Origin: the human T2T-CHM13v2.0 reference genome, Homo sapiens
Reading direction: 5' to 3' (one strand)
Assembly: GCF_009914755.1 (NCBI RefSeq)
Contig: NC_060925.1
DNA length: 64,000 bases
This document shows, in pieces, positions 43,201-56,600 of this stretch (its first letter is position 1; each line of letters starts with the position of its first letter). Under the pieces are notes generated by a model, which saw nothing but the letters and a program-made list of their open reading frames with translations, did no database searches and had not been told where the DNA came from. Made by a program: the position numbers and the translations under genes.

Positions 43201-44597
43201 AATTATCGAATGAAATCGAAGAGAATCATCGAAAGGACTCGAAGGGAATCATCTAATGGAATGGAATGGAATAATCCACGGACTCGAATACAATCATCAT
43301 CGTATAGAATCGAATGGAATCATCGAATGGACTCGAATGGAATAACCATTGAACGGAATCGAATGGAATCATCATCGGATGCAAACGAATGGAATCATCA
43401 TCGAATGGAAATGAAAGGAGTCATCATCTAATGGAATTGCATGGAATCATCATAAAATGGAATCGAATGGAATCAACATCAAATGGAATCAAATGGAATC
43501 ATTGAACGGAATTTAATGGAATCGTCATCGAATGAATTGACTGCAATCATCGAATGGTCTCGGAATCATCTTCAAATGGAATGGAATGGAATCATCGCAT
43601 AGAATCGAATGGAATTATCATCGAATGGAATCGAATGGAATCAACATCAAACGGAATAAAACGGAATTATCGAATGGAATCGAAGAGAATCATCGAATGG
43701 ACCCGAATGGAATCATCTAATGGAATGGAATGGAATAATCCATGGACTCGAATGCAATCATCATCGAATGGAATCGAATGGAATCATCGAATGGACTCGA
43801 ATGGAATAATCATTGAACGGAATCGAATGGAATCATCATCGGATGGAAACGAATGGAATCATCATCGAATGGAATCGAATAGAATTATGGAATGAAATCC
43901 AGTGTGATCATCATCGAATGGACCCGAATGGAATCATCATCCAACGGAAGCTAATGGAATCAACATCGAATGAATCGAATGGAAACACCATCGAATTGAA
44001 ACGAATGGAATTATCATGAAATTGAAATGGATGGACTCATCATCGAATGGATTCGAATGGAATCATCGAATAAAATTGATTGAAATCATCATCGAATGGA
44101 ATCGAATGGTATCATTGAATGGAATCGAATGGAATCATCATCAGATGGAAATGAATGGAATCGTCATAGAATGGAATCGAATGGATTCATTGAATGGAAT
44201 CAGATGGAATCATCGAATGGACTGGAATGGAATCATTGAATGGACTCGAAAGGGATCATGATTGAATGGAATTGAATGGAATCATCGAATGGTCTCGATT
44301 GGAATCATTATCAAATGGAATCGAATGGAATCACCGAATAGAATCGAATGGAACAATCATCGAATGGACTCAAATGGAATTATCCTCAAATGGAATCGAA
44401 TGGAATTATCGAATGCAATCGAATGGAATTATCGAATGCAATCGAATAGAATCATCGAATGGACTCGAATGGAATCATCGAATGGAATGGAATGGAACAG
44501 TCAATGAACGCGAATGGAATCATCATTGAATGGAATCGAATGGAATCATCGAGTGGAATCGAATGGAATTATGATCAAATGGAATTGAATGTAATCC
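37208..44597 (+). repeat. 3,695-bp higher-order tandem duplication (1,776+1,919) x2
   Basis: ORF translations and private variants recur at offset 3,695 (37430/41125, 39131/42826, 39859/43554; GAACGCGAAT 40815/44510). The start is only localisable to 37208-37551. Confidence 0.93.
39046..40964 (+). repeat. 1,919-bp variant unit, copy 1: divergent A segment with 147-bp duplication and 4-bp deletion in B
   Basis: 147-bp copies lie at 39235-39381 and 39382-39528. GGTCTCGGAATC near 39867 lacks AATG. 1776+147-4=1919. Confidence 0.93.
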
Positions 44598-44659
44598 TCA
44601 TCAAATGGAATCAAAAATAACCATCATCAATTGGTATTGAATGGAATTGTCATCAAATG
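42741..44659 (+). repeat. 1,919-bp variant unit, copy 2
   Basis: Same structure at offset +3,695, with 147-bp copies at 42930-43076 and 43077-43223. Confidence 0.93.
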
Positions 44660-46435
44660 GAATTCAAAGGAATCATCATCAAATGGAACCGAATGGAATC
44701 CTCATTGAATGGAAATGAAAGGGGTCATCATCTAATGGAATCGCATGGAATCATCATCAAATGGAATCGAATGGAATCATCATCAAATGGAATCTAATGG
44801 AATCATTGAACAGAATTGAATGGAATCGTCATCGAATGAATTGAATGCAATCATCGAATGGTCTCGAATGGAATCATCTTCTAATGGAAAGGAATGGAAT
44901 CATCGCATAGAATCGAATGGAATTATCATCGAATGGAATCGAATGGTATCAACACCAAACGGAAAAAAACGGAATTATCGAATGGAATCGAAGAGAATCT
45001 TCGAACGGACCCGAATGGAATCATCTAATGGAATGGAATGGAATAATCCATGGACTCGAATGCAATCATCATCGAATGGAATGGAATGGAATCATCGAAT
45101 GGACTCGAATGGAATAATCATTGAACGGAATCGAATGGAATCATCATCGGATGGAAACGAATGGAATCATCATCGAATGGAAATGAAAGGAGTCATCATC
45201 TAATGGAATTGCATGGAATCATCATAAAATGGAATCGAATGGAATCAACATCAAATGGAATCAAATGGAATCATTGAACGGAATTGAATGGAATCGTCAT
45301 CGAATGAATTGACTGCAATCATCGAATGGTCTCGAATGGAATCATCTTCAAATGGAATGGAATGGAATCATCGCATAGAATCGAATGGAATTATCATCGA
45401 ATGGAATCGAATGGAATCAACATCAAACGGAAAAAAACAGAATTATCGTATGGAATCGAAGAGAATCATCGAATGGACCCGAATGGAATCATCTAATGGA
45501 ATGGAATGGAATAATCCATGGACTCGAATGCAATCATCATCGAATGGAATCGAATGGAATCATCGAATGGACTCGAATGGAATAATCATTGAACGGAATC
45601 GAATGGAATCATCATCGGATGGAAATGAATGGAATCATCATCGAATGGAATCGAATAGAATTATGGAATGAAATCCAGTGTGATCATCATCGAATGGACC
45701 CGAATGGAATCATCATCCAACGGAAGCTAATGGAATCAACATCGAATGAATCGAATGGAAACACCATCGAATTGAAACGAATGGAATTATCATGAAATTG
45801 AAATGGATGGACTCATCATCGAATGGATTCGAATGGAATCATCGAATAAAATTGATTGAAATCATCATCCAATGGAATCGAATGGTATCATTGAATGGAA
45901 TCGAATGGAATCATCATCAGATGGAAATGAATGGAATCGTCATAGAATGGAATCGAATGGATTCATTGAATGGAATCAGATGGAATCATCGAATGGACTG
46001 GAATGGAATCATTGAATGGACTCGAAAGGGATCATGATTGAATGGAATTGAATGGAATCATCGAATGGTCTCGATTGGAATCATTATCAAATGGAATCGA
46101 ATGGAATCACCGAATAGAATCGAATGGAACAATCATCGAATGGACTCAAATGGAATTATCCTCCAATGGAATCGAATGGAATTATCGAATGCAATCGAAT
46201 GGAATTATCGAATGCAATCGAATAGAATCATCGAATGGACTCGAATGGAATCATCGAATGGAATGGAATGGAACAGTCAATGAACTCGAATGGAATCATC
46301 ATTGAATGGAATCGAATGGAATCATCGAGTGGAATCGAATGGAATTATGATCAAATGGAATCGAATGTAATCATCATCAAATGGAATCAAAAATAACCAT
46401 CATCAATTGGTATTGAATGGAATTGTCATCAAATG

Positions 46436-47743
46436 GAATTCAAACGAATCATCATCAAATGGAACCGAATGGAATCCTCATTGAATGGAAATGAAAGGGG
46501 TCATCATCTAATGGAATCGCATGGAATCATCATCAAATGGAATCGAATGGAATCATCATCAAATGGAATCTAATGGAATCATTGAACGGAATTGAATGGA
46601 ATCGTCATCGAATGAATTGACTGCAATCATCCAATGTTCTCGAATGGAATCATCTTCAAGTGGAATGGAATGGAATCATCGCATAGAATCGAATGGAATT
46701 ATCATCGAATGGAATCGAATGGAATCAACATCCAACGGAAAAAAACGGAATTATCGAATGGAATCGAAGAGAATCATCGAATGGACCCGAATGGAATCAT
46801 CTAATGGAATGGAATGGAATAATCCATGGACTCGAATGCAATCATCATCGAATGGAATCGAATGGAATCATCGAATGGACTCGAATGGAATAATCATTGA
46901 ACGGAATCGAATGGAATCATCATCGGATGGAAATGAATGGAATCATCATCGAATGGAATCGAATAGAATTATGGAATGAAATCCAGTGTGATCATCATCG
47001 AATGGACCCGAATGGAATCATCATCCAACGGAAGCTAATGGAATCAACATCGAATGAATCAAATGGAAACACCATCGAATTGAAACGAATGGAATTATCA
47101 TGAAATTGAAATGGATGGACTCATCATCGAATGGATTCGAATGGAATCATCGAATAAAATTGATTGAAATCATCATCGAATGGAATCGAATGGTATCATT
47201 GAATGGAATCGAATGGAATCATCATCAGATGGAAATGAATGGAATCGTCATAGAATGGAATCGAATGGATTCATTGAATGGAATCAGATGGAATCATCGA
47301 ATGGACTGGAATGGAATCATTGAATGGACTCGAAAGGGATCATGATTGAATGGAATTGAATGGAATCATCGAATGGTCTCGATTGGAATCATTATCAAAT
47401 GGAATCGAATGGAATCACCGAATAGAATCGAATGGAACAATCATCGAATGGACTCAAATGGAATTATCCTCAAATGGAATCGAATGGAATTATCGAATGC
47501 AATCGAATGGAATTATCGAATGCAATCGAATAGAATCATCGAATGGACTCGAATGGAATCATCGAATGGAATGGAATGGAACAGTCAATGAACTCGAATG
47601 GAATCATCATTGAATGGAATCGAATGGAATCATCGAGTGGAATCGAATGGAATTATGATCAAATGGAATCGAATGTTATCATCATCAAATGGAATCAAAA
47701 ATAACCATCATCAATTGGTATTGAATGGAATTGTCATCAAATG
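46436..47743 (+). repeat. 1,308-bp variant unit (A/B fusion, -468 bp, early crossover)
   Basis: An A-type T at 46571 is followed by a B-type G at 46588. Only one 468-bp sub-repeat precedes segment C. Confidence 0.93.
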
Positions 47744-50700
47744 GAATTCAAAGAAATCATCATCAAATGGAACCGAATGGAATCCTCATTGAATGGAAAT
47801 GAAAGGGGTCATCATCTAATGGAATCGCATGGAATCATCATCAAATGGAATCGAATGGAATCATCATCAAATGGAATCTAATGGAATCATTGAACAGAAT
47901 TGAATGGAATCGTCATCGAATGAATTGAATGCAATCATCGAATGGTCTCGAATGGAATCATCTTCTAATGGAAAGGAATGGAATCATCGCATAGAATCGA
48001 ATGGAATTATCATCGAATGGAATCGAATGGTATCAACACCAAACGGAAAAAAACGGAATTATCGAATGGAATCGAAGAGAATCTTCGAACGGACCCGAAT
48101 GGAATCATCTAATGGAATGGAATGGAATAATCCATGGACTCGAATGCAATCAAAATCGAATGGAATCGAATGGAATCATCGAATGGACTCGAATGGAATA
48201 ATCATTGAACGGAATCGAATGGAATCATCATCGGATGGAAACGAATGGAATCATCATCGAATGGAAATGAAAGGAGTCATCATCTAATGGAATTGCATGG
48301 AATCATCATAAAATGGAATCGAATGGAATCAACATCAAATGGAATCAAATGGAATCATTGAACGGAATTGAATGGAATCGTCATCGAATGAATTGACTGC
48401 AATCATCCAATGGTCTCGAAAGGAATCATCTTCAAATGGAATGGAATGGAATCATCGCATAGAATCGAATGGAATTATCATCGAATGGAATCGAATGGAA
48501 TCAACATCAAACGGAAAAAAACGGAATTATCGAATGGAATCGAAGAGAATCATCGAATGGACCCGAATGGAATCATCTAATGGAATGGAATGGAATAATC
48601 CATGGACTCGAATGCAATCATCATCGAATGGAATCGAATGGAATCATCGAATGGACTCGAATGGAATAATCATTGAACGGAATCGAATGGAATCATCATC
48701 GGATGGAAATGAAAGGAATCATCATCGAATGGAATCGAATAGAATTATGGAATGAAATCCAGTGTGATCATCATCGAATGGACCCGAATGGAATCATCAT
48801 CCAACGGAAGCTAATGGAATCAACATCGAATGAATCGAATGGAAACACCATCGAATTGAAACGAATGGAATTATCATGAAATTGAAATGGATGGACTCAT
48901 CATCGAATGGATTCGAATGGAATCATCGAATAAAATTGATTGAAATCATCATCCAATGGAATCGAATGGTATCATTGAATGGAATCGAATGGAATCATCA
49001 TCAGATGGAAATGAATGGAATCGTCATAGAATGGAATCGAATGGATTCATTGAATGGAATCAGATGGAATCATCGAATGGACTGGAATGGAATCATTGAA
49101 TGGACTCGAAAGGGATCATTATTGAATGGAATTGAATGGAATCATCGAATGGTCTCGATTGGAATCATTATCAAATGGAATCGAATGGAATCACCGAATA
49201 GAATCGAATGGAACAATCATCGAATGGACTCAAATGGAATTATCCTCCAATGGAATCGAATGGAATTATCGAATGCAATCGAATGGAATTATCGAATGCA
49301 ATCGAATAGAATCATCGAATGGACTCGAATGGAATCATCGAATGGAATGGAATGGAACAGTCAATGAACTCGAATGGAATCATCATTGAATGGAATCGAA
49401 TGGAATCATCGAGTGGAATCGAATGGAATTATGATCAAATGGAATCGAATGTAATCATCATCAAATGGAATCAAAAATAACCATCATCAATTGGTATTGA
49501 ATGGAATTGTCATCAAATGGAATTCAAAGGAATCATCATCAAATGGAACCGAATGGAATCCTCATTGAATGGAAATGAAAGGGGTCATCATCTAATGGAA
49601 TCGCATGGAATCATCATCAAATGGAATCGAATGGAATCATCATCAAATGGAATCTAATGGAATCATTGAACAGAATTGAATGGAATCGTCATCGAATGAA
49701 TTGAATGCAATCATCGAATAGTCTCGAATGGAATCATCTTCTAATGGAAAGGAATGGAATCATCGCATAGAATCGAATGGAATTATCATCGAATGGAATC
49801 GAATGGTATCAACACCAAACGGAAAAAAACGGAATTATCGAATGGAATCGAAGAGAATCTTCGAACGGACCCGAATGGAATCATCTAATGGAATGGAATG
49901 GAATAATCCATGGACTCGAATGCAATCATCATCGAATGGAATCGAATGGAATCATCGAATGGACTCGAATGGAATAATCATTGAACGGAATCGATTGGAA
50001 TCATCATCGGATGGAAACGAATGGAATCATCATCGAATGGAAATGAAAGGAGTCATCATCTAATGGAATTGCATGGAATCATCATAAAATGGAATCGAAT
50101 GGAATCAACATCAAATGGAATCAAATGGAATCATTGAACGGAATTGAATGGAATCGTCATCGAATGAATTGACTGCAATCATCCAATGGTCTCGAATGGA
50201 ATCATCTTCAAATGGAATGGAATGGAATCATCGCATAGAATCGAATGGAATTATCATCGAATGGAATCGAATGGAATCAACATCAAACGGAAAAAAACGG
50301 AATTATCGAATGGAATCGAAGAGAATCATCGAATGGACCCGAATGGAATCATCTAATGGAATGGAATGGAATAATCCATGGACTCGAATGCAATCATCAT
50401 CGAATGGAATCGAATGGAATCATCGAATGGACTCGAATGGAATAATCATTGAACGGAATCGAATGGAATCATCATCGGATGGAAATGAATGGAATCATCA
50501 TCGAATGGAATCGAATAGAATTATGGAATGAAATCCAGTGTGATCATCATCGAATGGACCCGAATGGAATCATCATCCAACGGAAGCTAATGGAATCAAC
50601 ATCGAATGAATCGAATGGAAACACCATCGAATTGAAACGAATGGAATTATCATGAAATTGAAATGGATGGACTCATCATCGAATGGATTCGAATGGAATC

Positions 50701-51295
50701 ATCGAATAAAATTGATTGAAATCATCATCGAATGGAATCGAATGGTATCATTGAATGGAATCGAATGGAATCATCATCAGATGGAAATGAATGGAATCGT
50801 CATAGAATGGAATCGAATGGATTCATTGAATGGAATCAGATGGAATCATCGAATGGACTGGAATGGAATCATTGAATGGACTCGAAAGGGATCATGATTG
50901 AATGGAATTGAATGGAATCATCGAATGGTCTCGATTGGAATCATTATCAAATGGAATCGAATGGAATCACCGAATAGAATCGAATGGAACAATCATCGAA
51001 TGGACTCAAATGGAATTATCCTCAAATGGAATCGAATGGAATTATCGAATGCAATCGAATGGAATTATCGAATGCAATCGAATAGAATCATCGAATGGAC
51101 TCGAATGGAATCATCGAATGGAATGGAATGGAACAGTCAATGAACTCGAATGGAATCATCATTGAATGGAATCGAATGGAATCATCGAGTGGAATCGAAT
51201 GGAATTATGATCAAATGGAATCGAATGTAATCATCATCAAATGGAATCAAAAATAACCATCATCAATTGGTATTGAATGGAATTGTCATCAAATG

Positions 51296-52358
51296 GAATT
51301 CAAAGGAATCATCATCAAATGGAACCGAATGGAATCCTCATTGAATGGAAATGAAAGGGGTCATCATCTAATGGAATCGCATGGAATCATCATCTAATGG
51401 AATCGAATGGAATCATCATCAAATGGAATCTAATGGAATCATTGAACAGAATTGAATGGAATCGTCATCGAATGAATTGAATGCAATCATCGAATGGTCT
51501 CGAATGGAATCATCTTCTAATGGAAAGGAATGGAATCATCGCATAGAATCGAATGGAATTATCATCGAATGGAATCGAATGGTATCAACACCAAACGGAA
51601 AAAAACGGAATTATCGAATGGAATCGAAGAGAATCTTCGAACGGACCCGAATGGAATCATCTAATGGAATGGAATGGAATAATCCATGGACTCGAATGCA
51701 ATCATCATCGAATGGAATCGAATGGAATCATCGAATGGACTCGAATGGAATAATCATTGAACGGAATCGAATGGAATCATCATCGGATGGAAACGAATGG
51801 AATCATCATCGAATGGAAATGAAAGGAGTCATCATCTAATGGAATTGCATGGAATCATCATAAAATGGAATCGAATGGAATCAACATCAAATGGAATCAA
51901 ATGGAATCATTGAACGGAATTGAATGGAATCGTCATCGAATGAATTGACTGCAATCATCGAATGGTCTCGAATGGAATCATCTTCAAATGGAATGTAATG
52001 GAATCATCGCATAGAATCGAATGGAATTATCATCGAATGGAATCGAATGGAATCAACATCAAACGGAAAAAAACGGAATTATCGAATGGAATCGAAGAGA
52101 ATCATCGAATGGACCCGAATGGAATCATCTAATGGAATGGAATGGAATAATCCATGGACTCGAATGCAATCATCATCGAATGGAATCGAATGGAATCATC
52201 GAATGAACTCGAATGGAATCATCATTGAATGGAATCGAATGGAATCATCGAGTGGAATCGAATGGAATTATGATCAAATGGAATCGAATGTAATCATCAT
52301 CAAATGGAATCAAAAATAACCATCATCAATTGGTATTGAATGGAATTGTCATCAAATG
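51296..52358 (+). repeat. 1,063-bp variant unit (713-bp deletion of the end of B and most of C)
   Basis: The junction ATCATCG-AATG-AACTCG lies at 52202-52205. The landmarks CCAGTGTG, GGAAGCT and GAAAGGGATC are absent. Confidence 0.93.
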
Positions 52359-53666
52359 GAATTCAAAGGAATCATCATCAAATGGAACCGAATGGAATCC
52401 TCATTGAATGGAAATGAAAGGGGTCATCATCTAATGGAATCGCATGGAATCATCATCAAATGGAATCGAATGGAATCATCATCAAATGGAATCTAATGGA
52501 ATCATTGAACAGAATTGAATGGAATCGTCATCGAATGAATTGAATGCAATCATCGAATGGTCTCGAATGGAATCATCTTCTAATGGAAAGGAATGGAATC
52601 ATCGCATAGAATCGAATGGAATTATCATCGAATGGAATCGAATGGTATCAACACCAAACGGAAAAAAACGGAATTATCGAATGGAATCGAAGAGAATCTT
52701 CGAACGGACCCGAATGGAATCATCTAATGGAATGGAATGGAATAATCCATGGACTTGAATGCAATCATCATCGAATGGAATCGAATGGAATCATCGAATG
52801 GACTCGAATGGAATAATCATTGAACGGAATCGAATGGAATCATCATCGGATGGAAATGAATGGAATCATCATCGAATGGAATCGAATAGAATTATGGAAT
52901 GAAATCCAGTGTGATCATCATCGAATGGACCCGAATGGAATCATCATCCAACGGAAGCTAATGGAATCAACATCGAATGAATCGAATGGAAACACCATCG
53001 AATTGAAACGAATGGAATTATCATGAAATTGAAATGGATGGACTCATCATCGAATGGATTCGAATGGAATCATCGAATAAAATTGATTGAAATCATCATC
53101 AAATGGAATCGAATGGTATCATTGAATGGAATCGAATGGAATCATCATCAGATGGAAATGAATGGAATCGTCATAGAATGGAATCGAATGGATTCATTGA
53201 ATGGAATCAGATCGAATCATCAAATGGACTGGAATGGAAACATTGAATGGACTCGAAAGGGATCATTATTGAATGGAATTGAATGGAATCATCGAATGGT
53301 CTCGATTGGAATCATTACCAAATGGAATCGAATGGAATCACCGAATAGAATCGAATGGAACAATCATCGAATGGACTCAAATGGAATTATCCTCAAATGG
53401 AATCGAATGGAATTATCGAATGCAATCGAATGGAATTATCGAATGCAATCGAATAGAATCATCGAATGGACTCGAATGGAATCATCGAATGGAATGGAAT
53501 GGAACAGTCAATGAACTCGAATGGAATCATCATTGAATGGAATCGAATGGAATCATCGAGTGGAATCGAATGGAATTATGATCAAATGGAATCGAATGTA
53601 ATCATCATCAAATGGAATCAAAAATAACCATCATCAATTGGTATTGAATGGAATTGTCATCAAATG
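52359..53666 (+). repeat. 1,308-bp variant unit (A/B fusion, -468 bp, late crossover)
   Basis: The sequence is A-type through TCTTCGAACGG (52705) and then runs directly into the B end (GAATAGAATTATGG, about 52885) and segment C. Confidence 0.93.
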
Positions 53667-56600
53667 GAATTCAAAGGAATCATCATCAAATGGAACCGAA
53701 TGGAATCCTCATTGAATGGAAATGAAAGGGGTCATCATCTAATGGAATCGCATGGAATCATCATCAAATGGAATCGAATGGAATCATCATCAAATGGAAT
53801 CTAATGGAATCATTGAACAGAATTGAATGGAATCGTCATCGAATGAACTGAATGCAATCATCGAATGGTCTCGAATGGCATCATCTTCTAATGGAAAGGA
53901 ATGGAATCATCGCATAGAATCGAATGGAATTATCATCGAATGGAATCGAATGGTATCAACACCAAACGGAAAAAAACGGAATTATCGAATAGATTCGAAG
54001 AGAATCTTCGAACGGACCCGAATGGAATCATCTAATGGAATGGAATGGAATAATCCATGGACTCGAATGCAATCATCATCGAATGGAATCAAATGGAATC
54101 ATCGAATGGACTCGAATGGAATAATCATTGAACGGAATCGAATGGAATCATCATCGGATGGAAATGAATGGAATCATCATCGAATGGAAATGAAAGGAGT
54201 CATCATCTAATGGAATTGCATGGAATCATCATAAAATGGAATCGAATGGAATCAACATCAAATGGAATCAAATGGAATCATTGAACGGAATTGAATGGAA
54301 TCGTCATCGAATGTATTGACTGCAATCATCGAATGGTCTCGAATGGAATCATCTTCAAATGGAATGGAATGGAATCATCGCATAGAATCGAATGGAATTA
54401 TCATCGAATGGAATCGAATGGAATCAACATCAAACGGAAAAAAACGGAATTATCGAATGGAATCGAAGAGAATCATCGAATGGACCCGAATGGAATCATC
54501 TAATGGAATGGAATGGAATAATCCATGGACTCGAATGCAATCATCATCGAATGGAATCGAATGGAATCATCGAATGGACTCGAATGGAATAATCATTGAA
54601 CGGAATCGAATGGAATCATCATCGGATGGAAATGAATGGAATCATCATCGAATGGAATCGAATAGAATTATGGAATGAAATCCAGTGTGATCATCATCGA
54701 ATGGACCCGAATGGAATCATCATCCAACGGAAGCTAATGGAATCAACATCGAATGAATCGAATGGAAACACCATCGAATTGAAACGAATGGAATTATCAT
54801 GAAATTGAAATGGATGGACTCATCATCGAATGGATTCGAATGGAATCATCGAATAAAATTGATTGAAATCATCATCCAATGGAATCGAATGGTATCATTG
54901 AATGGAATCGAATGGAATCATCATCAGATGGAAATGAATGGAATCGTCATAGAATGGAATCGAATGGATTCATTGAATGGAATCAGATGGAATCATCGAA
55001 TGGACTGGAATGGAATCATTGAATGGACTCGAAAGGGATCATGATTGAATGGAATTGAATGGAATCTTCGAATGGTCTCGATTGGAATCATTATCAAATG
55101 GAATCGAATGGAATCACTGAATAGAATCGAATGGAACAATCATCGAATGGACTCAAATGGAATTATCCTCCAATGGAATCGAATGGAATTATCGAATGCA
55201 ATCGAATGGAATTATCGAATGCAATCGAATAGAATCATCGAATGGACTCGAATGGAATCATCGAATGGAATGGAATGGAACAGTCAATGAACTCGAATGG
55301 AATCATCATTGAATGGAATCGAATGGAATCATCGAGTGGAATCGAATGGAATTATGATCAAATGGAATCGAATGTAATCATCATCAAATGGAATCAAAAA
55401 TAACCATCATCAATTGGTATTGAATGGAATTGTCATCAAATGGAATTCAAAGGAATCATCATCAAATGGAACCGAATGGAATCCTCATTGAATGGAAATG
55501 AAAGGGGTCATCATCTAATGGAATCGCATGGAATCATCATCAAATGGAATCGAATGGAATCATCATCAAATGGAATCTAATGGAATCATTGAACAGAATT
55601 GAATGGAATCGTCATCGAATGAATTGAATGCAATCATCGAATGGTCTCGAATGGAATCATCTTCTAATGGAAAGGAATGGAATCATCGCATAGAATCGAA
55701 TGGAATTATCATCGAATGGAATCGAATGGTATCAACACCAAACGGAAAAAAACGGAATTATCGAATGGAATCGAAGAGAATCTTCGAACGGACCCGAATG
55801 GAATCATCTAATGGAATGGAATGGAATAATCCATGGACTCGAATGCAATCATCATCGAATGGAATCGAATGGAATCATCGAATGGACTCGAATGGAATAA
55901 TCATTGAACGGAATCGATTGGAATCATCATCGGATGGAAACGAATGGAATCATCATCGAATGGAAATGAAAGGAGTCATCATCTAATGGAATTGCATGGA
56001 ATCATCATAAAATGGAATCGAATGGAATCAACATCAAATGGAATCAAATGTAATCATTGAACGGAATTGAATGGAATCGTCATCGAATGAATTGACTGCA
56101 ATCATCCAATGGTCTCGAATGGAATCATCTTCAAATGGAATGGAATGGAATCATCGCATAGAATCGAATGGAATTATCATCGAATGGAATCGAATGGAAT
56201 CAACATCCAACGGAAAAAAACGGAATTATCGAATGGAATTGAAGAGAATCATCGAATGGACCCGAATGGAATCATCTAATGGAATGGAATGGAATAATCC
56301 ATGGACTCGAATGCAATCATCATCGAATGGAATCGAATGGAATCATCGAATGGACTCGAATGGAATAATCATTGAACGGAATCGAATGGAATCATCATCG
56401 GATGGAAATGAATGGAATCATCATCGAATGGAATCGAATAGAATTATGGAATGAAATCCAGTGTGATCATCATCGAATGGACCCGAATGGAATCATCATC
56501 CAACGGAAGCTAATGGAATCAACATCGAATGAATCGAATGGAAACACCATCGAATTGAAACGAATGGAATTATCATGAAATTGAAATGGATGGACTCATC

